Positions 50,219 through 64,000 of a DNA stretch of 64,000 nt are shown one piece after another. Source of the stretch: Carcharhinus amblyrhynchos. Taxonomy: Eukaryota. The notes beneath the pieces are model-generated. The model saw only the letters and a list, made by a program, of their open reading frames with translations, was not told the origin of the DNA and did not search any database. Position 1 is the first letter of the stretch. The number at the start of each line of letters is the position of its first letter. The translations under genes were made by a program, and so were the position numbers. Where the stretch lies: the NCBI GenBank assembly GCA_965287045.1, contig OZ336884.1, positions 21,638,001 through 21,702,000 on the forward strand, read 5' to 3'.

Positions 50219-53194
50219 TTATTATCAAGTGAGGCTCCACAGTTTACCTAATGCTGCTGGATAGGTTTTAAACAGGTTTTATTGTTTATAATCTTAGTCT
50301 GTCAATTTATTGCATAAAAATCAATCTCATTTTTTCTCTTTAAAAATGCTTCCCGCTAAGCTATCTTCACCCACTTTAATTTCCAAAAATGTTGCTTCTC
50401 GATGGTATATGGTTCTGCAGGTATTGGCTGTCCTCTGGTAGCTTGCTTGAACTATTCATGTGTACGGTTTGACAGTGAGTATCATTTGGCATTTTGCCTA
50501 TGAGAAAATTGGATCAATATTAATCTTGATCTGTGCTTACTCAATGTCCACACAGAGAGTTTCCAACAGAGGCCACTGAGTAACAGTCAGGAGCAGGAAC
50601 CCTGGCAAATATTGTTTTGCACTTCTTAAGAATCCTGTTCAGGTTCAATGCGAGGGCATCCCAAAGCCCAGAAGGGAAGTTTAGAACATTGGTTCTTAGC
50701 TATTTAATTTTGCACTTTGGAAAAAAGTATGAGAGAAGAGATGAAACCTGGTGAGGAAAGGGGTCCGCCTAGTCATAAATATTCAGATTAGAAGATCTTT
50801 ATTAAACTTTAATATATGCAAGAAAGACAACAGCAAAGAATAACATTTGCAATTAACTTCAATAATGGTTACCCAGACTGTATGCTTAAATTAACCCCAA
50901 TCCAACCTTTATTTTTCTAAAACACAAGAATATTCCTTCCCCAAAACGACATCCCATAGGTTTTAAAACTATTAACCAAATCCAGCAAATAATTACTAAA
51001 CATGACCTATAGCTTTTTTTAGGGACGTTTTTAATTTAGTATAGAACCTTTGGGGCCTCACAAAGACAGAATTTCTTCTGCCTCCTTCTCTGCCCAACAG
51101 CTTGATTCTGTAAGGGAGCTCTGCTTTGCAATAGGATGTGGCTAAGATCTAGGTCCTGAGACTGGTACTCTCCACTTTGCTTAACAAACTAACTGTTTCA
51201 CCATGCCACTTGGCTAATCTGCATCTTACAAGTCCTCAGTGCAGCTAAATTTCTATCGGTTTCTTTTTTATCCAATTCCTTACTTTTCATTCCAACTTCC
51301 TAACAGACTCTTTAAAGTAGTAAGTTCAGGACAGTTGGTAGTTCAACAACTGTTGTCCCAGCTTTGGATATCAAACCAGGGACCTTCTGGTAGGTATAAC
51401 ATAGGGCCAAACTTTATCCATGGGATCAAAGGATGAACCAGCAATGTGCTTTATTTTATTTCTTCCTTCTCAGCACCCCATTTGCAAATGAAATACTATA
51501 CCTCAGTTTACTACCTGACTTAAAGACCAAGTTGAGAGTGGGAGCTTAATGCGTGTGATATGTTGGCCATTGATCCCTGTCCTACGAAGCATGTTTGTTT
51601 GTAATAAACTGCATTCTAAATTATACTTGGAGGTTGCAATTCGAGTTGGCTGACCTGATCTGTTTTTGACACAACCTTATTCATTCTCACTGGAATCCGA
51701 ATTAACACATGGATAATCATATCCTTACCATCACTAATTACTCCAGTTCTTCACAGGCATAACAGCAATGAGAAACATCTTAAAAAATGCTGGTTTTAAA
51801 GACAAAGCATAACATCTTGTTCACTACTAAAATAGAAAAATCCTTTCTCAGTCTGTAGGTTCTCAAACAGCAACATCTTCCTCCTTTCTTCTGGTTAGTA
51901 ACCTAAACCAAGTAATCAAATATTTATTTCTATTGTTTCCAGTTTTCTACATGTTTTATCCCTCCTTTGCTTAAGTCACTGAAAGTTGGTTTCATGGACA
52001 GTGACAACCATTCAGTACTTTGCCAAGTGACCATCAATCAAGTGCAGAAAAAGAAGTATTTATAAAGCACCTTTCACACCCTCACTGCCCAAAATGCAGT
52101 CAGTTAATTTATTTCAAAGTGTTTTGACTATAATGTGGGAAATATGGGAGTTAATTGTTTTACAAACAGCAATCAGACAAATAACCAGTTATCATAGATC
52201 ACAGCGTGTATGTCAGTTGACCTTTGAAGCATCAAAGTGTTTCCAAAAAAGGTCAAAAAAGGGGGTCAACTTGTACATCAGGTGTAAAACAGCCGGTGTT
52301 GGTGCAGCTCATCATCCTTTTGAAATGTGAAAGAAGTATAACACTGGTAATTTAAATTTGACAGACTTTATTGAATTAGTTAATTAATTCTACAGGGATA
52401 CCCTTAACAACAATCAAAACTTAAAATCAAAATGACAAATTCATTTCCAGTGACATCTGACATGAATAGTCCATCAAACTCATTCTGAATCACTTTGGAA
52501 ATGGCACTGTGATAAAATTCTCAATCTGGATCAGATTAGGGGGCCATATGTGGCATCCTGGGTTCTGAGTGCAGTCCACAAGACATTTTGTTGACCATTG
52601 CCCACAAGCAGGGTTGTCAGGTTCTGCTTGTTCATCTGCTTAGTTTTTTTCTTACTGTTATGACTGACACGATGCGCTCATAAAGCAAGGACAATTTAAG
52701 TGAGGTGCATGCTGATTCTGTACAATATTGACACCGTGTCCAATGAAAGCATAAATATTTCTTTTGTTTTTACCATTTGAAGTTGATGACAGTTCTCTTA
52801 AGACATGAATGATTAAGCATTTTCTACAGCTTATGAAATATTCAGCATGTATTAAACGTATTCAAACTTATTTGTAGGGTCATGGTTCGTGAACAAGCCT
52901 GATTTCAATCTGATTTCAATCTCATGGCCCACTGAGATGATGGGCAGCTACTAAAATGGCCCACTGACTAGCCTAGGTTTCCTATCACTCACCTAGCAAA
53001 AATGACTTTTGAATAGCTTGTTGAGGCACACCTTCAGCATTTGAACACTCCGGTGTAACTGCAATTTGCATGTTATTTCTTCACAGGTGCACCTTGATGT
53101 CAGGAAAACAGAGATTGTCAAATAAGAATAAGGTATAGATTTAAGTGGGTTTAATTCAGTGGTTTTGTGCAGGAAGGAGTTCAACTTAGATTCA

Positions 53195-54120
53195 TGTTAA
53201 ACAAAGGTGTTTGCACATATGGGGGCTTTCGTTTCAGTTCAATTGTGCTGAGAGAGTTTATGATGGGATAAGTAGACAAAAGCTTAGAGGAGGATTGAGA
53301 TGTTTCTTTGCAACTAGAAGTCTTTTAGTGAGAGGACCTTTTTGAGTGTAGTTTTAACTGGAAGCCAGAGGAGGAGGAGCGTCGGAGAGAGAAGGAACAT
53401 CTCTAACAGGTTTACTAAAATAAAAGCCATGCAATGGAGTAAGGATCAAGAAACCAAGTGCCAGAAACTTAAAGTCCAGCTAGTTAAGGAAACTAGAGAA
53501 ATGAAGAGAAGTTTCCAAAAATTCTGATGTCAAAAGATCAGAGGAAACTTGAACTAGAACAGAGTACCGTTCATTGAAACCACAGGCAGAGCTGAGAAGG
53601 AGTTGGCTAGCAAGAAGCCAAGCAGATATATGTCATGATTCTAAGGTTTGTGATATCCTATTACAGCCCGTGAAGCAGTGATTGGAAAAAAAATTTGGAA
53701 ATCGGTGGCTGGATCTGTATAAAAGCATTCAAAACAAAGGAATCCTGAAAGGAGCATTAAAAAACCTGGAAGCAGATCTTTCTCAAAACAGTGGAGAGGA
53801 AGCTTTGTTTAGAAACATAGTTGGCAGACCTGGAGGTGCATCCTTGAAGAAAATTGCTGAGAATAAGCATAGTTTGAAAGAAGATTTTAACGCGTGTCTT
53901 TTGAGTTTGGAAACACTCAGGTGACAATCATCTGGGGGAATTTGAGGAGAAATACATAGAAGATCACTTGAGCAGCATCTGTCACTGGATTTCAGAGTGG
54001 GATGTTATCCTTGAAATCTGTGTACATTTGTAAAGATAAGTGGGAGTGAAGGAATATTATATTACAGTCAAATGTTCCATGTTTAATGAATGTTTTTTTC
54101 TTTCTTTGTTACAAGTTAAT
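53195..54120 (+). mobile_element. Possible long LTR-like repeat fragment
   Basis: Purine-rich plus strand with a T-rich end, typical in composition of fish Gypsy/ERV LTRs; no diagnostic motif. Confidence 0.25.
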
Positions 54121-54654
54121 TGTCCGAGTGACAAATGTTGGCCAGATAATTATGAGAAGTCTATTGCTCTCCTTTGAATAATACCATAGTATCTTTTATA
54201 TCCACCTGAATAAATAGTTAGACCATACCAAAGAGATGGCATCCCAAACAATGCAGATGCCCCTTTATACTACAGTGGAGTGCCAGGCTGGAGCTGGTAT
54301 TGATTATACATCTCTGATAGAAGAGGTGAGAATGCTATCACTGAACCAATCTAGAACCTGTCCATAGCCTGTTGGCCTGTGGAAGGCATCATGATTAGGA
54401 TCAGTCCTGTGCTCATCCAATGTCTAAATTCAGGTATCCAGCAATAAGTTCCACGTTACAGCAATCAAAAACTGAAGCCCCTCCAAACATTCACATTATT
54501 ATTTGATGCACTAGTCATTGTCATTGAGTAGAAAGGTGCAGCAATCAGTTAATGCCTAACAAGGTCACATGAAGGGCATATCAGATAAATGACTCGCTAA
54601 TCTATTATTATTGGTGTTAGTTGGAGCAATGATACCAAAAGAACTCCCTGTAAA

Positions 54655-54950
54655 CTTTAAAGTTTAGTTATTAGTGTCACAAGTAAGCTTACATTAACAC
54701 TAATTAATTTACCGTGGAAATCCCCCAGTCTCTACGCTCCGGCACCTGTTTGGGTTCACCGAGGGAGAATTTAGCATAACCAGTGCACCTAACCAGCATG
54801 TCTTTCGGAATGTGGGAGGGAACCAGATCACCCAGAGGAAACCCACGCAGACACTGGGAGCACGTGCAGACACCGCACAGACAGTGGCCTATGCTGGAAT
54901 CAAACCCAGGTCCCTGGCGCCAGTGCTAACCACTCTGCCACTGTGCTGCC
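54655..54950 (-). mobile_element. V-SINE
   Basis: Head, V-domain and tail; a further tail fragment at 55245-55355. Confidence 0.85.
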
Positions 54951-56894
54951 ATCTGGAAAAGATAGAATATCAGTGCTAAATCCATTAAATTAATAATTGT
55001 AGTCATAACTCTCCTCCATGTCCTTTCGGTTAATTGAATGGAAACATCTGCTGATGCAGTGCTTTCATTTATTGACATCGTTTTTAGCTGACTTATGTAA
55101 CACACTATGTAGATCTGATGCTATTTTTGTGTTATTGAAAAACCTACGTGCAGAATCAACCTGCAAGGAGTAATTAGTGGAAGGTTTGGATTTCAAAATT
55201 TTACAGATCGTCAGTGGAAGTTGGGACTGAAGGAGTTAAAAGCAAAGTAAAGTTTACTAATCACAAGTAAGGTTTACATTAACACCAATTAAGTTACTGT
55301 GAGATTCCCCTAGTTGCCGCAGTCCAGCATCTGTTCGGGTCAATGCACCTAACCAATTAGATATTCTGGCCTTAAATAGTACAGGCCATCTTAGACACAA
55401 TTCCATTTAGGAGCAGAATAATTATGCATTAAGTAGCACAACACCTGGCTGTTCTAAAACAGAGTATGGTTCTGATTCTGTTGTCTGAGCAGTGTCATTG
55501 GCAATTTATGTATGGATCAAATATATGTCATCATAAGTTCTAATGTAACATTTTTAAATTAAAGTTAATTCTTAAATAGAAGAAAGAAAAGCTATCAGTG
55601 TCACAAAAACTCCCTCGATGGAGAACAATCTCTCAATGACTTCTGGATGTAACCAGAAGCAATTAATCTCAAAATGAAGGTAGAAAGGTGTTTATTGAGT
55701 GTCTTTGACACCTTCAGGGTACCTTGTGTTATTGTCAGTAAAGTTATTTGAACTGTAGTCATTGTTCCTTTGTACTGAAAAATGACAGCTGGTTTTATCC
55801 CAAGGGGATGGGGGTGCTCAATGGCGTCTGATTCTATCAGTGAGGGCATCATGTCCGGTCCCCATTGATGGGGGACCATATGTGATCATTGCCAGAGAAA
55901 ACCTCCCCCGGCGAGGCCACACAGGCAAGTGAGCACGGATGAAGAAAGAATTTATTCGACCTCGTGCCAAAAATGGGCACAAGACTGAATGCGCCAGATA
56001 TCCAGTGCCAGTAATATTGTGAAAGATGAAAAATCAGGCTCGAACCTGATTTCTTGACTTGCAATCTTACCAGCCTACCCTGACCATTGGCCGGTGAGGT
56101 GCAATGGTAAGATTGCCCCCAGAAATGTCATCTTGGGTGAGAAAACCAGTGCAATTGCCGGCGCAAATCAGATTGCAATTGTCCGCTGCTTAGCAATTTC
56201 TGTGGGAGGAGGTGTTTTGCGCTGAATCGGAGGAGGTGGAGCAGAAACATGCTGGAAAACCCAGTTTCATGGAGATCCAGCATTGTTTCTGAATGGCACC
56301 TCAATCTCAAAGTGAAATTGAACCCTCCCTACCCCATGTTGGCACTGCCCAGCAATATCCCTGATCAACCTGGGTCTTCAATGTCTTTTGCACAGCCTGG
56401 CATGGCCATCACACCTGGTCTCTGTTTGTGGAAACCAGTAGTGATTCGTGCCGGGTTCCTGCTATGCCCATGGGTCGGAAAATCCGGGAGCAGGGAGAAT
56501 GTGATTTGGAACTGACTATGCATATTTTAAGGAAGATTTAAGTATGCTAATCTGGTTCCCGCCCTTGCTGGGTGTGAACCGGATTACGTCCGGGTGCGGC
56601 AGGAGATTCCCAAAGGGGCTTCCCACTGATGCTGACTGTGATAGGCCCCCTCCCCTACAATTTCCTGATCCTGTGTAGCCCCAATGCAATCCACAACTGA
56701 GTGAGTGGGATTGGAAAATTGCCTCCAGTATTTCACTCACCAGCTCCAATAATGTAGACTTACTAATGATTATCTCATTACTGTAGTGAGACTTTCATGT
56801 CTTCTAAAAATGTGTTTCTCCACTGAGCAGCGACTATTTTCCAATTAATATTTGGACTGCTCCTGAGAACGTAATAGAGCTTTGCTAATGCAAC

Positions 56895-57210
56895 TACTTT
56901 CTATTTATTGAAGATCTTGTTTGAAACCCAGATAAAAAAGCAATAACCATTTGGAAGAAGTATCCAGAAAAGCCCCCAGAATCTTTTGTAATAGTTTTGT
57001 TGACAAAGCACATGTTTTCTGGAATGCAATAGTGCAAGCTCATGAACAGTATAATGGCCCTGTTGAGATATCTATAACAGTTGATCTCAATTAGAATGCA
57101 GGCATGACAATCCATTTTGATGAGGAATGTAATGACCTTTTGACACTTGGCACAGATGTCTATCCAGTGACACCAACAGAAGCGCAGGTGTGTTCACTAA
57201 TAGCAGTCCC
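56895..57210 (-). repeat. Left arm of an old inverted repeat (pairs with 60418-60720)
   Basis: Reverse complement has ATCTGTGCCAAGTGTCAAAAGGTCATTACATTCCTCATCAAAATGGATTGTCATGC and TGCATTCCAGAAAACAT, both matched at 60464-60602. Confidence 0.8.
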
Positions 57211-57407
57211 TTGATCACAAAGTCGGAATTAGAGCTGTTTGCTGATAGTATTCAGCCTCATTCACAGCTTCTCTCATGACATAACAACCTTTCCTATCCC
57301 AAAAAGCATCACACCTAGGCTAGGGCAGATATGACACAGGTGACAATCATGATGCATAAAATGCCAGATGTTAACAATTAACGATAAAACTCCAAATAAC
57401 CTCATCC

Positions 57408-59305
57408 TGATTTGATTTGATTTATTATTGTCACATGTATTAACATAAAGTAAAAAGTATTGTTTCTTGCGCACTATATTGACAAAGTATGCTGTACATA
57501 GAGAAGGAAAGGAGAGAGTGCAAAATGTAGTATTATAGTCATAGTTAGGGTGTAGAGAAAGATCAACTTAACACAAGGTAGAAAACATTATTTCTGGTTG
57601 TATCACAGCTTGGTATGGCTTCTGCTCTTCCCAAGACTACAAAGAACTACAAAATGTTGTAAATGTAGCCCACTCCATCACACAAATTCAAAAATCTGAT
57701 GGCAGCAGGGAAAAAGCTGTTCTTGAGTCAGTTGGTACATGACCTCAGACTTTTTTCTCTTTTTCCCAATAGAAGGCGGCGGAAGAAAGTATGTCCGGGG
57801 TGCGTGGGATCCTTAATTACGCTGACTGCTTTTCCGAGGCAGTAGGAAGTGTAGACAGAGTCAGTGGGTGGGAGGCTGTTTGAGTGATAGACTGGGCTTC
57901 ATTCATGACCCTTTGTAGTTTTTTGGGGTTTTGGGCAGAACAGGAACTATACCAAGCTGTGATACAACCATAAAAAATGCTTTCTGTGGTGCATCTGTAA
58001 AATTTGGCGAGAGTCATAGCGGACACACGATATTTCCTTAATCTTCTGAGAAAATGGAGGTGTTAGCGGGCTTCCTTAACTACAGTGTTGGCCTGGAGGG
58101 ACCAGGACAAGTTGTTGGTGATCTGGACACTTAGAAACTTGAAGTTCTTGACCATTTCTACTTAGTCCGCATTGATGTAGACAGGGGCATTTCCTGTACT
58201 ATACTTCCTGAAGTCGATAACCATCTCCTTCGTTTTGTTGACATTGAGGGAGTGATTGTTGTCATCGCACCATTTGGTTTGATTTATTATTGTTACATGT
58301 GTTAGCTTACAGTGAAAAAGTATTGTTCATTGTTTGCTATACAGATAGAGCATACCATTCTTAGAGAAGGAGATGAGACAGTGCAGAATGTAGTGTTACT
58401 GTCATAGCTAGGATATAGAGAAAGATCAACTTAATATGAGCTCCCAGTTAACGAGATTCTCTATCTCTTACCTGTACTCCATATCATTGTTTGAGATCTG
58501 ACCCACTATGGTGCTGTCACTAGCAAACTTGAAAATCGAGTTGGAAGGGAATTTGGCCACACAGTTATAAGCATATAAGGAGTATAATAAGGGGCTGAGG
58601 ACACAACCTTATGAGGCACTGGTGTTGAGGATGATCATGGAGGGGGTGTTGTTGCCTATCTGTACTGTTTGCAGTTTATGGGTTAGGAAGTTCAAGATCC
58701 TGTCACAGAGGGAGGAGCCAAACCCCAGGCTACGGAGTTTGGAGATGAGTTCCATAGGAATAATGATGTTAAAGGATGAACTATAGTCGATAAATAGGAG
58801 TCTGACATGTGTGTCTTTATTATCTAGCTGATGGGTTGAGGGCAGATAAAGGGGGATGGCATTGGCTGTGGACCTGCTATGGAGATAGTCGAACTTTAAT
58901 GGATCCAGGCAACCTGGGAAATCGGAATTGATTGGTGCCATGACTAACGTTGCAAAGCACTTCATATTGATGGATGTTAGAGCCACTGGAAGATAGTCAT
59001 TAAGGCATGCTGCCTGGCCGTTCTTTGGTACTGGAATGATGGTCATCTTCTTGAAGCAGATAGGGACCTCAGATTATTGTAGAGAGCAGTTAAGATGTCT
59101 GTGAATATCCCGCCAGCTGGTCCACGCAGCACTTGAGTGCTTTTCCGGGTACCCATCCAGGCCAATCACTTTCTGTGGATTGATCTTTGAGAAGGCTGTT
59201 CTGACGTCTGCAATGGTGACCTCAGATACAGGTTCATCCGAAGCTTCCAGGGTGAATGGCATGCTCTTGCTCGCCTCTTACTCAAAACAGGCATAGAATG
59301 CTTGA
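57408..59305 (-). mobile_element. Rex1/Babar-type LINE (RT region and 3' end) with internal inversion (57580-57686) and a self-nested 3' end (58275-58440)
   Basis: TIIPVPK..ACLNDY.PVALTS, HVRLLFIDYSSSFNII motifs; (TTTGA)n tail. Confidence 0.85.
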
Positions 59306-59729
59306 ACATCCTTTGAGCCATCTTTGACCAAAAGCTTTACAGGACTGGCCACATTAGCAGCACGGCTAACAGTACAGAGAAAAGGCTAGATATGCTTCAC
59401 CTCCTGGCTTCCCAAAGCATCTCAATAATCAACAAGACTGGAGTCATAAATGTGCAGAGTTATCACCGTTCACTAGACAGAAGATCTTGACGCAATCCAG
59501 TTTGCTTGATTAGTACCTCTGTTACTGGATTGAATATCCACTTCCTCCATCAGGACTGTACTGTAGCTACAATATGTACTCGATGTAATATGTTTTAGCT
59601 ACATAACAGATGAGGCAAACTTGCACAGTTAATTCAGTCATTTCTACCAGCACCACAATGCTTAAAAACAAGGACAACAGTTGCAATCTGTGGAAACACC
59701 AATACCACAAATCCCCTGTAGGTCACATA

Positions 59730-59997
59730 CCTTCAACTTTCAAGTTTGCTGATGGCTCCACCATAGTGGGCCGGATCTCAAACAATGACGAGACAGAGTA
59801 CAGGAATGAGATAGAGAATCTGGTGAACTGTTGCGGCAACAATAATCTCCACCAATGGCAACAAAATGAAGGAGACTGTCATCGACTTCAGGAAGCGTAA
59901 AAGAGAACATGCCCCTATCTACATCAATGGGGACACAGTAGAAAGGGTTGAGAGCTTCAAGTTTTTAGGTGTCCAGATCACAAACAACCTGTCCTGG
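59730..59997 (+). mobile_element. Rex1/Babar-type LINE fragment
   Basis: FKFADGSTIVGRISNNDETEYRNEIENLV; VESFKFLGVQIT. Confidence 0.85.
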
Positions 59998-60417
59998 CAG
60001 GAATTTTACTGGCATGCCTGCCCTGATTCTCGCAGAGTGGCATTCTCCGTTAGCCTTGGGCGGGCAAGGCAGTAGAATTCCGGGAGGAATGTTAACTCTG
60101 CTTCTCACTTTTTGTTTGTGCAGCATGTTTAGTGTTTATTTCAGATCCGCAGCATTTTGCTTTTGTATGTATGTAAGTACTTATTTGTGTGTATGATATG
60201 TCCCTCCTATAACTTTCCTTAGGACAGTAGAAAGTTACCCGTTTTAACTGGTAGAACAGCTGGAGAAATTTTCATGTGAACATTTCTAATGTTCTTTTTA
60301 CTGTGCTTACCCCAGTCCAATGCCGGCATCTCCACATCATAACATTTCTAATGCCAGTGTTGTGACTAAAATTACTAAGCCAGGAGATTCTTCTTACAGA
60401 AGCACTTTTTAATGGAA

Positions 60418-60720
60418 GGATTGTTATTAATGCAGCATTGCACCTGCACTTCTGTTGGATAGAAATCTGTGCCAAGTATCAAAAGTTCATAACATTCCTC
60501 ATCAAAATGGATTGTCATGCTTGCAACTTAATTGGGGTCAACTGTTATGGATAACCCAAAAGGACCATTCACGAGCTCACACAGTTGCATTCCAGAAAAC
60601 ATATATGCTTTGTTAAATTAACAAAGCCCTTGCAAAAAATTCTTGGGTATATTTCTGTGTACTTTTTCCACGTGTTCATTATTATTTATTCTGGAATTCA
60701 GTCAGGATCTTCCACAGACA
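60418..60720 (+). repeat. Right arm of the old inverted repeat
   Basis: See 56895-57210. Confidence 0.8.
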
Positions 60721-60781
60721 GGATGGAAGTGCATCCTGAAAGCTCCATCACATTCTCCGAAACGTTAACGCAAAACACGTT

Positions 60782-61457
60782 GGTCGCGATTCTCCCAGCC
60801 TGCCACTCTGCTCAAGTAGTGCAGCAAGCCGGGAAATATCAGCAGGTGCCTGTAGCAGGATTTGTTGCATCGGCATCCGATTGATTGCAACTTTCCCAGG
60901 CCTCTCTTTTTAAGTGTATTCAGCCTCGCACCGGAAATCAGTGTGAGACTGATTACAGCTAGTCTGATTACATTAGCGAGTGTGGGACAGTATTGTCCAG
61001 GCTTGTTATTGTTTCCCACTCCATCAGGAGAGATTCCCACCAGTGGGGATCACGTCTGGTCCTCATAAATAGGGGCAGGGGCCTGCCGTTTGGGAAGTGC
61101 TAGCCTGGCACCCTAGCACTATCCACCAGGCAATGTCAAAGAGGCAGGGTGTGCAGGGGCAGGACCTAATGGGGGTTAGGGCCAATCAATTGTGGTGGTG
61201 GGGGCAGACATGCTGCACACTGTGCATTGGGGAATAGTGAGTCTGGGAGGGAGGGGACAATCGGGTCTGGTCAAGGGGAGCAGGGTTTGGGTTGGAAATG
61301 GGGAAAGGGGGATCGGGCTAAACATGGGAAGGAGTGAGGGTTGGGCTGAATATGGGGGTGGAGGGGGTCACAGCAGTCAGCGATTGGGGGGGTCACAGAG
61401 GTCGGCATTCGGGAGGCTGGCGATATGGAGGCCGGTGATTGGGGGAGAATCACCTCC
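60782..61457. mobile_element. Non-autonomous Harbinger-like element
   Basis: TIR-like GGTCGCGATTCTCCC ... GGGAGAATCACCTCC; G-rich interior. Confidence 0.5.
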
Positions 61458-64000
61458 AATTTCTTTGACAAAGACAGCATTTTCATATTAGTCCATAGAG
61501 AAGCTTATTGGGAGAGGTTCACCGTGATACGTTTGTGCAGAAAAATTTACTCTAAATAATTGGGAAGGATGCTCACAGCAGGTTGATGGGAACTGTGGTA
61601 GTAAGCTTCGCAACATGAAACAACCAAGCAAATTATTTCACTGTGGTGCCAAGGCAGGGAGTTCAGTTTGCTGCTGGAAGTCAGAAGGGGCAACCTTCAA
61701 ATATACGACCTTCAATTTCTGTTCTAGCATCAGAGAAATCCTATCAGTGCTCAGTGTAAAATTGAGTTGGATCAAAATGATGGATTGATTAATAATAGTT
61801 CATATCAGAATGGTGTCACTTTGGCAACTAAAGAAAATCCTGCTTCCACCAAGGAATTCCTCCAATAGTATCCCTCTACTAGAAATAATAACTGATTTTT
61901 AAAAATCCGTGTAGTTTATTGAAATATGCTTTCTACAGTTACCAAATACAATGTTATTTAACATTGGAAATTGAAGAAAATTACTTTTCTCTTGTAATTT
62001 AACCCACTTTTGTTGCCTTTGTGCCCTCATTACTCTGCAGCCAAGAGGGCAAGTGTGTGGCTTGTTTTAAAAGACACTGCCAGTTTTGATGGGGATGCAT
62101 CAGGAGTGGCCGAGGCGTGACTCTTTGCTCTAGTGTTCCTTTTTCAACAGTATTGTCTGCTGAGGAAAAAAGAATCAGAAGTTGCTTGGAGAACTATATC
62201 TACAGCACCATGCTATAATACTGGCTAGATTTTGGCTACCACAGTGGGTAGCTTGAGTCAGGAAATTTCTTGCCTCACTAAAACCCACCTTGGTAGAGAA
62301 CACAAAAATACACCAAACCACACAATATTTGCACTGTGGAGGGGTGGGGTGATGGTAGAGATGGGGTGGTTGGTGTGAAATGGAGTGTGGCTTACTGACC
62401 TCGAAAGCAGAGTATAGATGACTATGGAGGTGAGTGATTGCCAAGGCAGACTCATTAGGAGAGCACCTCTGGTTCTCTGGGACTTCATTCTACTTATTTA
62501 GAAATTATTTGATCCTCTCGCTCTCCCCTTTCTGTCGACTCCTCTCATGACCCTTCATACTCTCCATGCTAATCCAATACCAGCTCATGCCCCCACTGCC
62601 CCCCCAACAACCCACTTGGTTCCTCATACATCCCTTGACAACTCCATAGCCACTCATCCAGTATCCACCATGGGAAGACCTCAGGAGCCATATGAAGATG
62701 AAAAAAAAACTTCTCACAATGTAATACAGCTCTTACTCCTTCAAACTTGAAAGTGAAAGAAACTGTCATTTATTAAGCTATAAAATCTCCTCAATCTTGT
62801 GCAAAAACAAGTAAACCTTTATTCAGGCATCACAACAAAGGTAGCTACTCCTTTAATAAACTATTTTTCTTTGTCAATCAAACTGTGAACTCAGAAGCCC
62901 CGGCTGAGAGAATTTTAGCTTTTTGAAATTCAACCAAACATTCAGAATGACATAATGATAGACCTTGAGAAATGTCACCAAAGAGCTCAATTGGAACTGT
63001 ATGATCAGCTGCTAATTATTTTTTCTAACCTACATCTGCCAATTAAGGCAGTTCAGCAGATGAATTGTTTTTTAACTATACTGACAACTGTAGTCTGTTT
63101 TGTAAGGTTAAGGCATTTAAAAAAAACTTCAGATCATGAAAGTTATGCAGATCTTATCTACCCTTCCCGTAGCGTTTACGTCTACTCCATCAACTAGTGC
63201 CTCCCCATGCTATAGATTAAGGCATTGCAATAGTCAAAATGGAGTCTGTTGGCACTCATCACTGGACTGAGTTCAGATGGCCCTGCTGACTTTAGATTTC
63301 CTCCCCTGTGAAGCACTCCCATCCCCTTTCCCCACCAGCAAAATTGTATCTGTTCCAAATGCAGGGAGGGGTGTGGGGGGGATGGGGTGAAGCTTCCCCA
63401 TTCAAGTCCCACTTGCCATTTTTATAGGTCTGTGGAGTCTTCACGACTCTGTAAAAATCTAGACCACTACTGGAGTGCTTTGCTCCAGAGAATCATTTTT
63501 ACTGATGAAGCTTTGAGAGAAGAAAAAAACCCTATTTCGAAAGCAAAAAAGAGATCTCAATACACAAGGGTGAATTTTCCAATCTCAAATAATAAATCAC
63601 AAGCACCTATTCGAGTATTTCACAAATCTCTCTGTTCTCATACATTTTGAAGTGGCCTCTTAGCTGATGTTACCAATGGAGACTTGTGATCTAGGATGCT
63701 ATCTGACGCATATTCCCAGGCCAGTGAGTCTCTGGCACTCTGTCTACATGACAACCGCAACTGATGCATTTTACTAACATTGCATTTATTTATGCTCGAG
63801 CTATTCCTTGATTTCTCGCTGGAGGCAAAGGATCTGGTTTCAACTCATGTAGGTAGTCTGACTAGAATTCTAGCTGTGTGTACTTGTTTTGATATTCAAC
63901 ACAAGCGTCACCGTGTAATGTAAGAAAATATCATATGCACGGACTGCTTTGGCAACAGGATGGCTTATAAATGGAAACGTTTTTTCTCCTGATCGGTAAT

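Noticed and set aside
51138-51153. TGGCTAAGATC match to U2
   Set aside because: Only about 11 nt with no further collinearity; likely chance.
53342-53924. Lys/Glu-rich short ORFs
   Set aside because: Purine-rich low-information sequence with no splice or homology support.

Overview
Vertebrate genomic DNA, almost certainly from a shark or other elasmobranch, judged from HE1/V-SINE, Deu-domain SINE, CR1, Rex1/Babar-type, Penelope and Harbinger repeats. The only host coding sequence I can support is the first coding exon of TOMM70 (minus strand, 571->344) in a CpG island. A second CpG-island promoter lies at about 45.85-46.2 kb, but I could not identify its gene. The rest is repeat-dense non-coding sequence with a 135-N gap. 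Most notable: (1) two diverged copies of a U2-snRNA-derived element that share non-U2 features, a candidate U2-derived SINE or pseudogene family; (2) a young 351-bp-arm Penelope-like palindrome with a 12-bp TSD and a minimal hammerhead ribozyme motif on each strand, plus a second hammerhead-bearing family; (3) an old ~300-bp inverted repeat pushed apart by nested LINEs; (4) a locally duplicated ~200-bp segment flanked by a 14-bp direct repeat. All family calls are by-eye recognition without database searches, and repeat boundaries are approximate.
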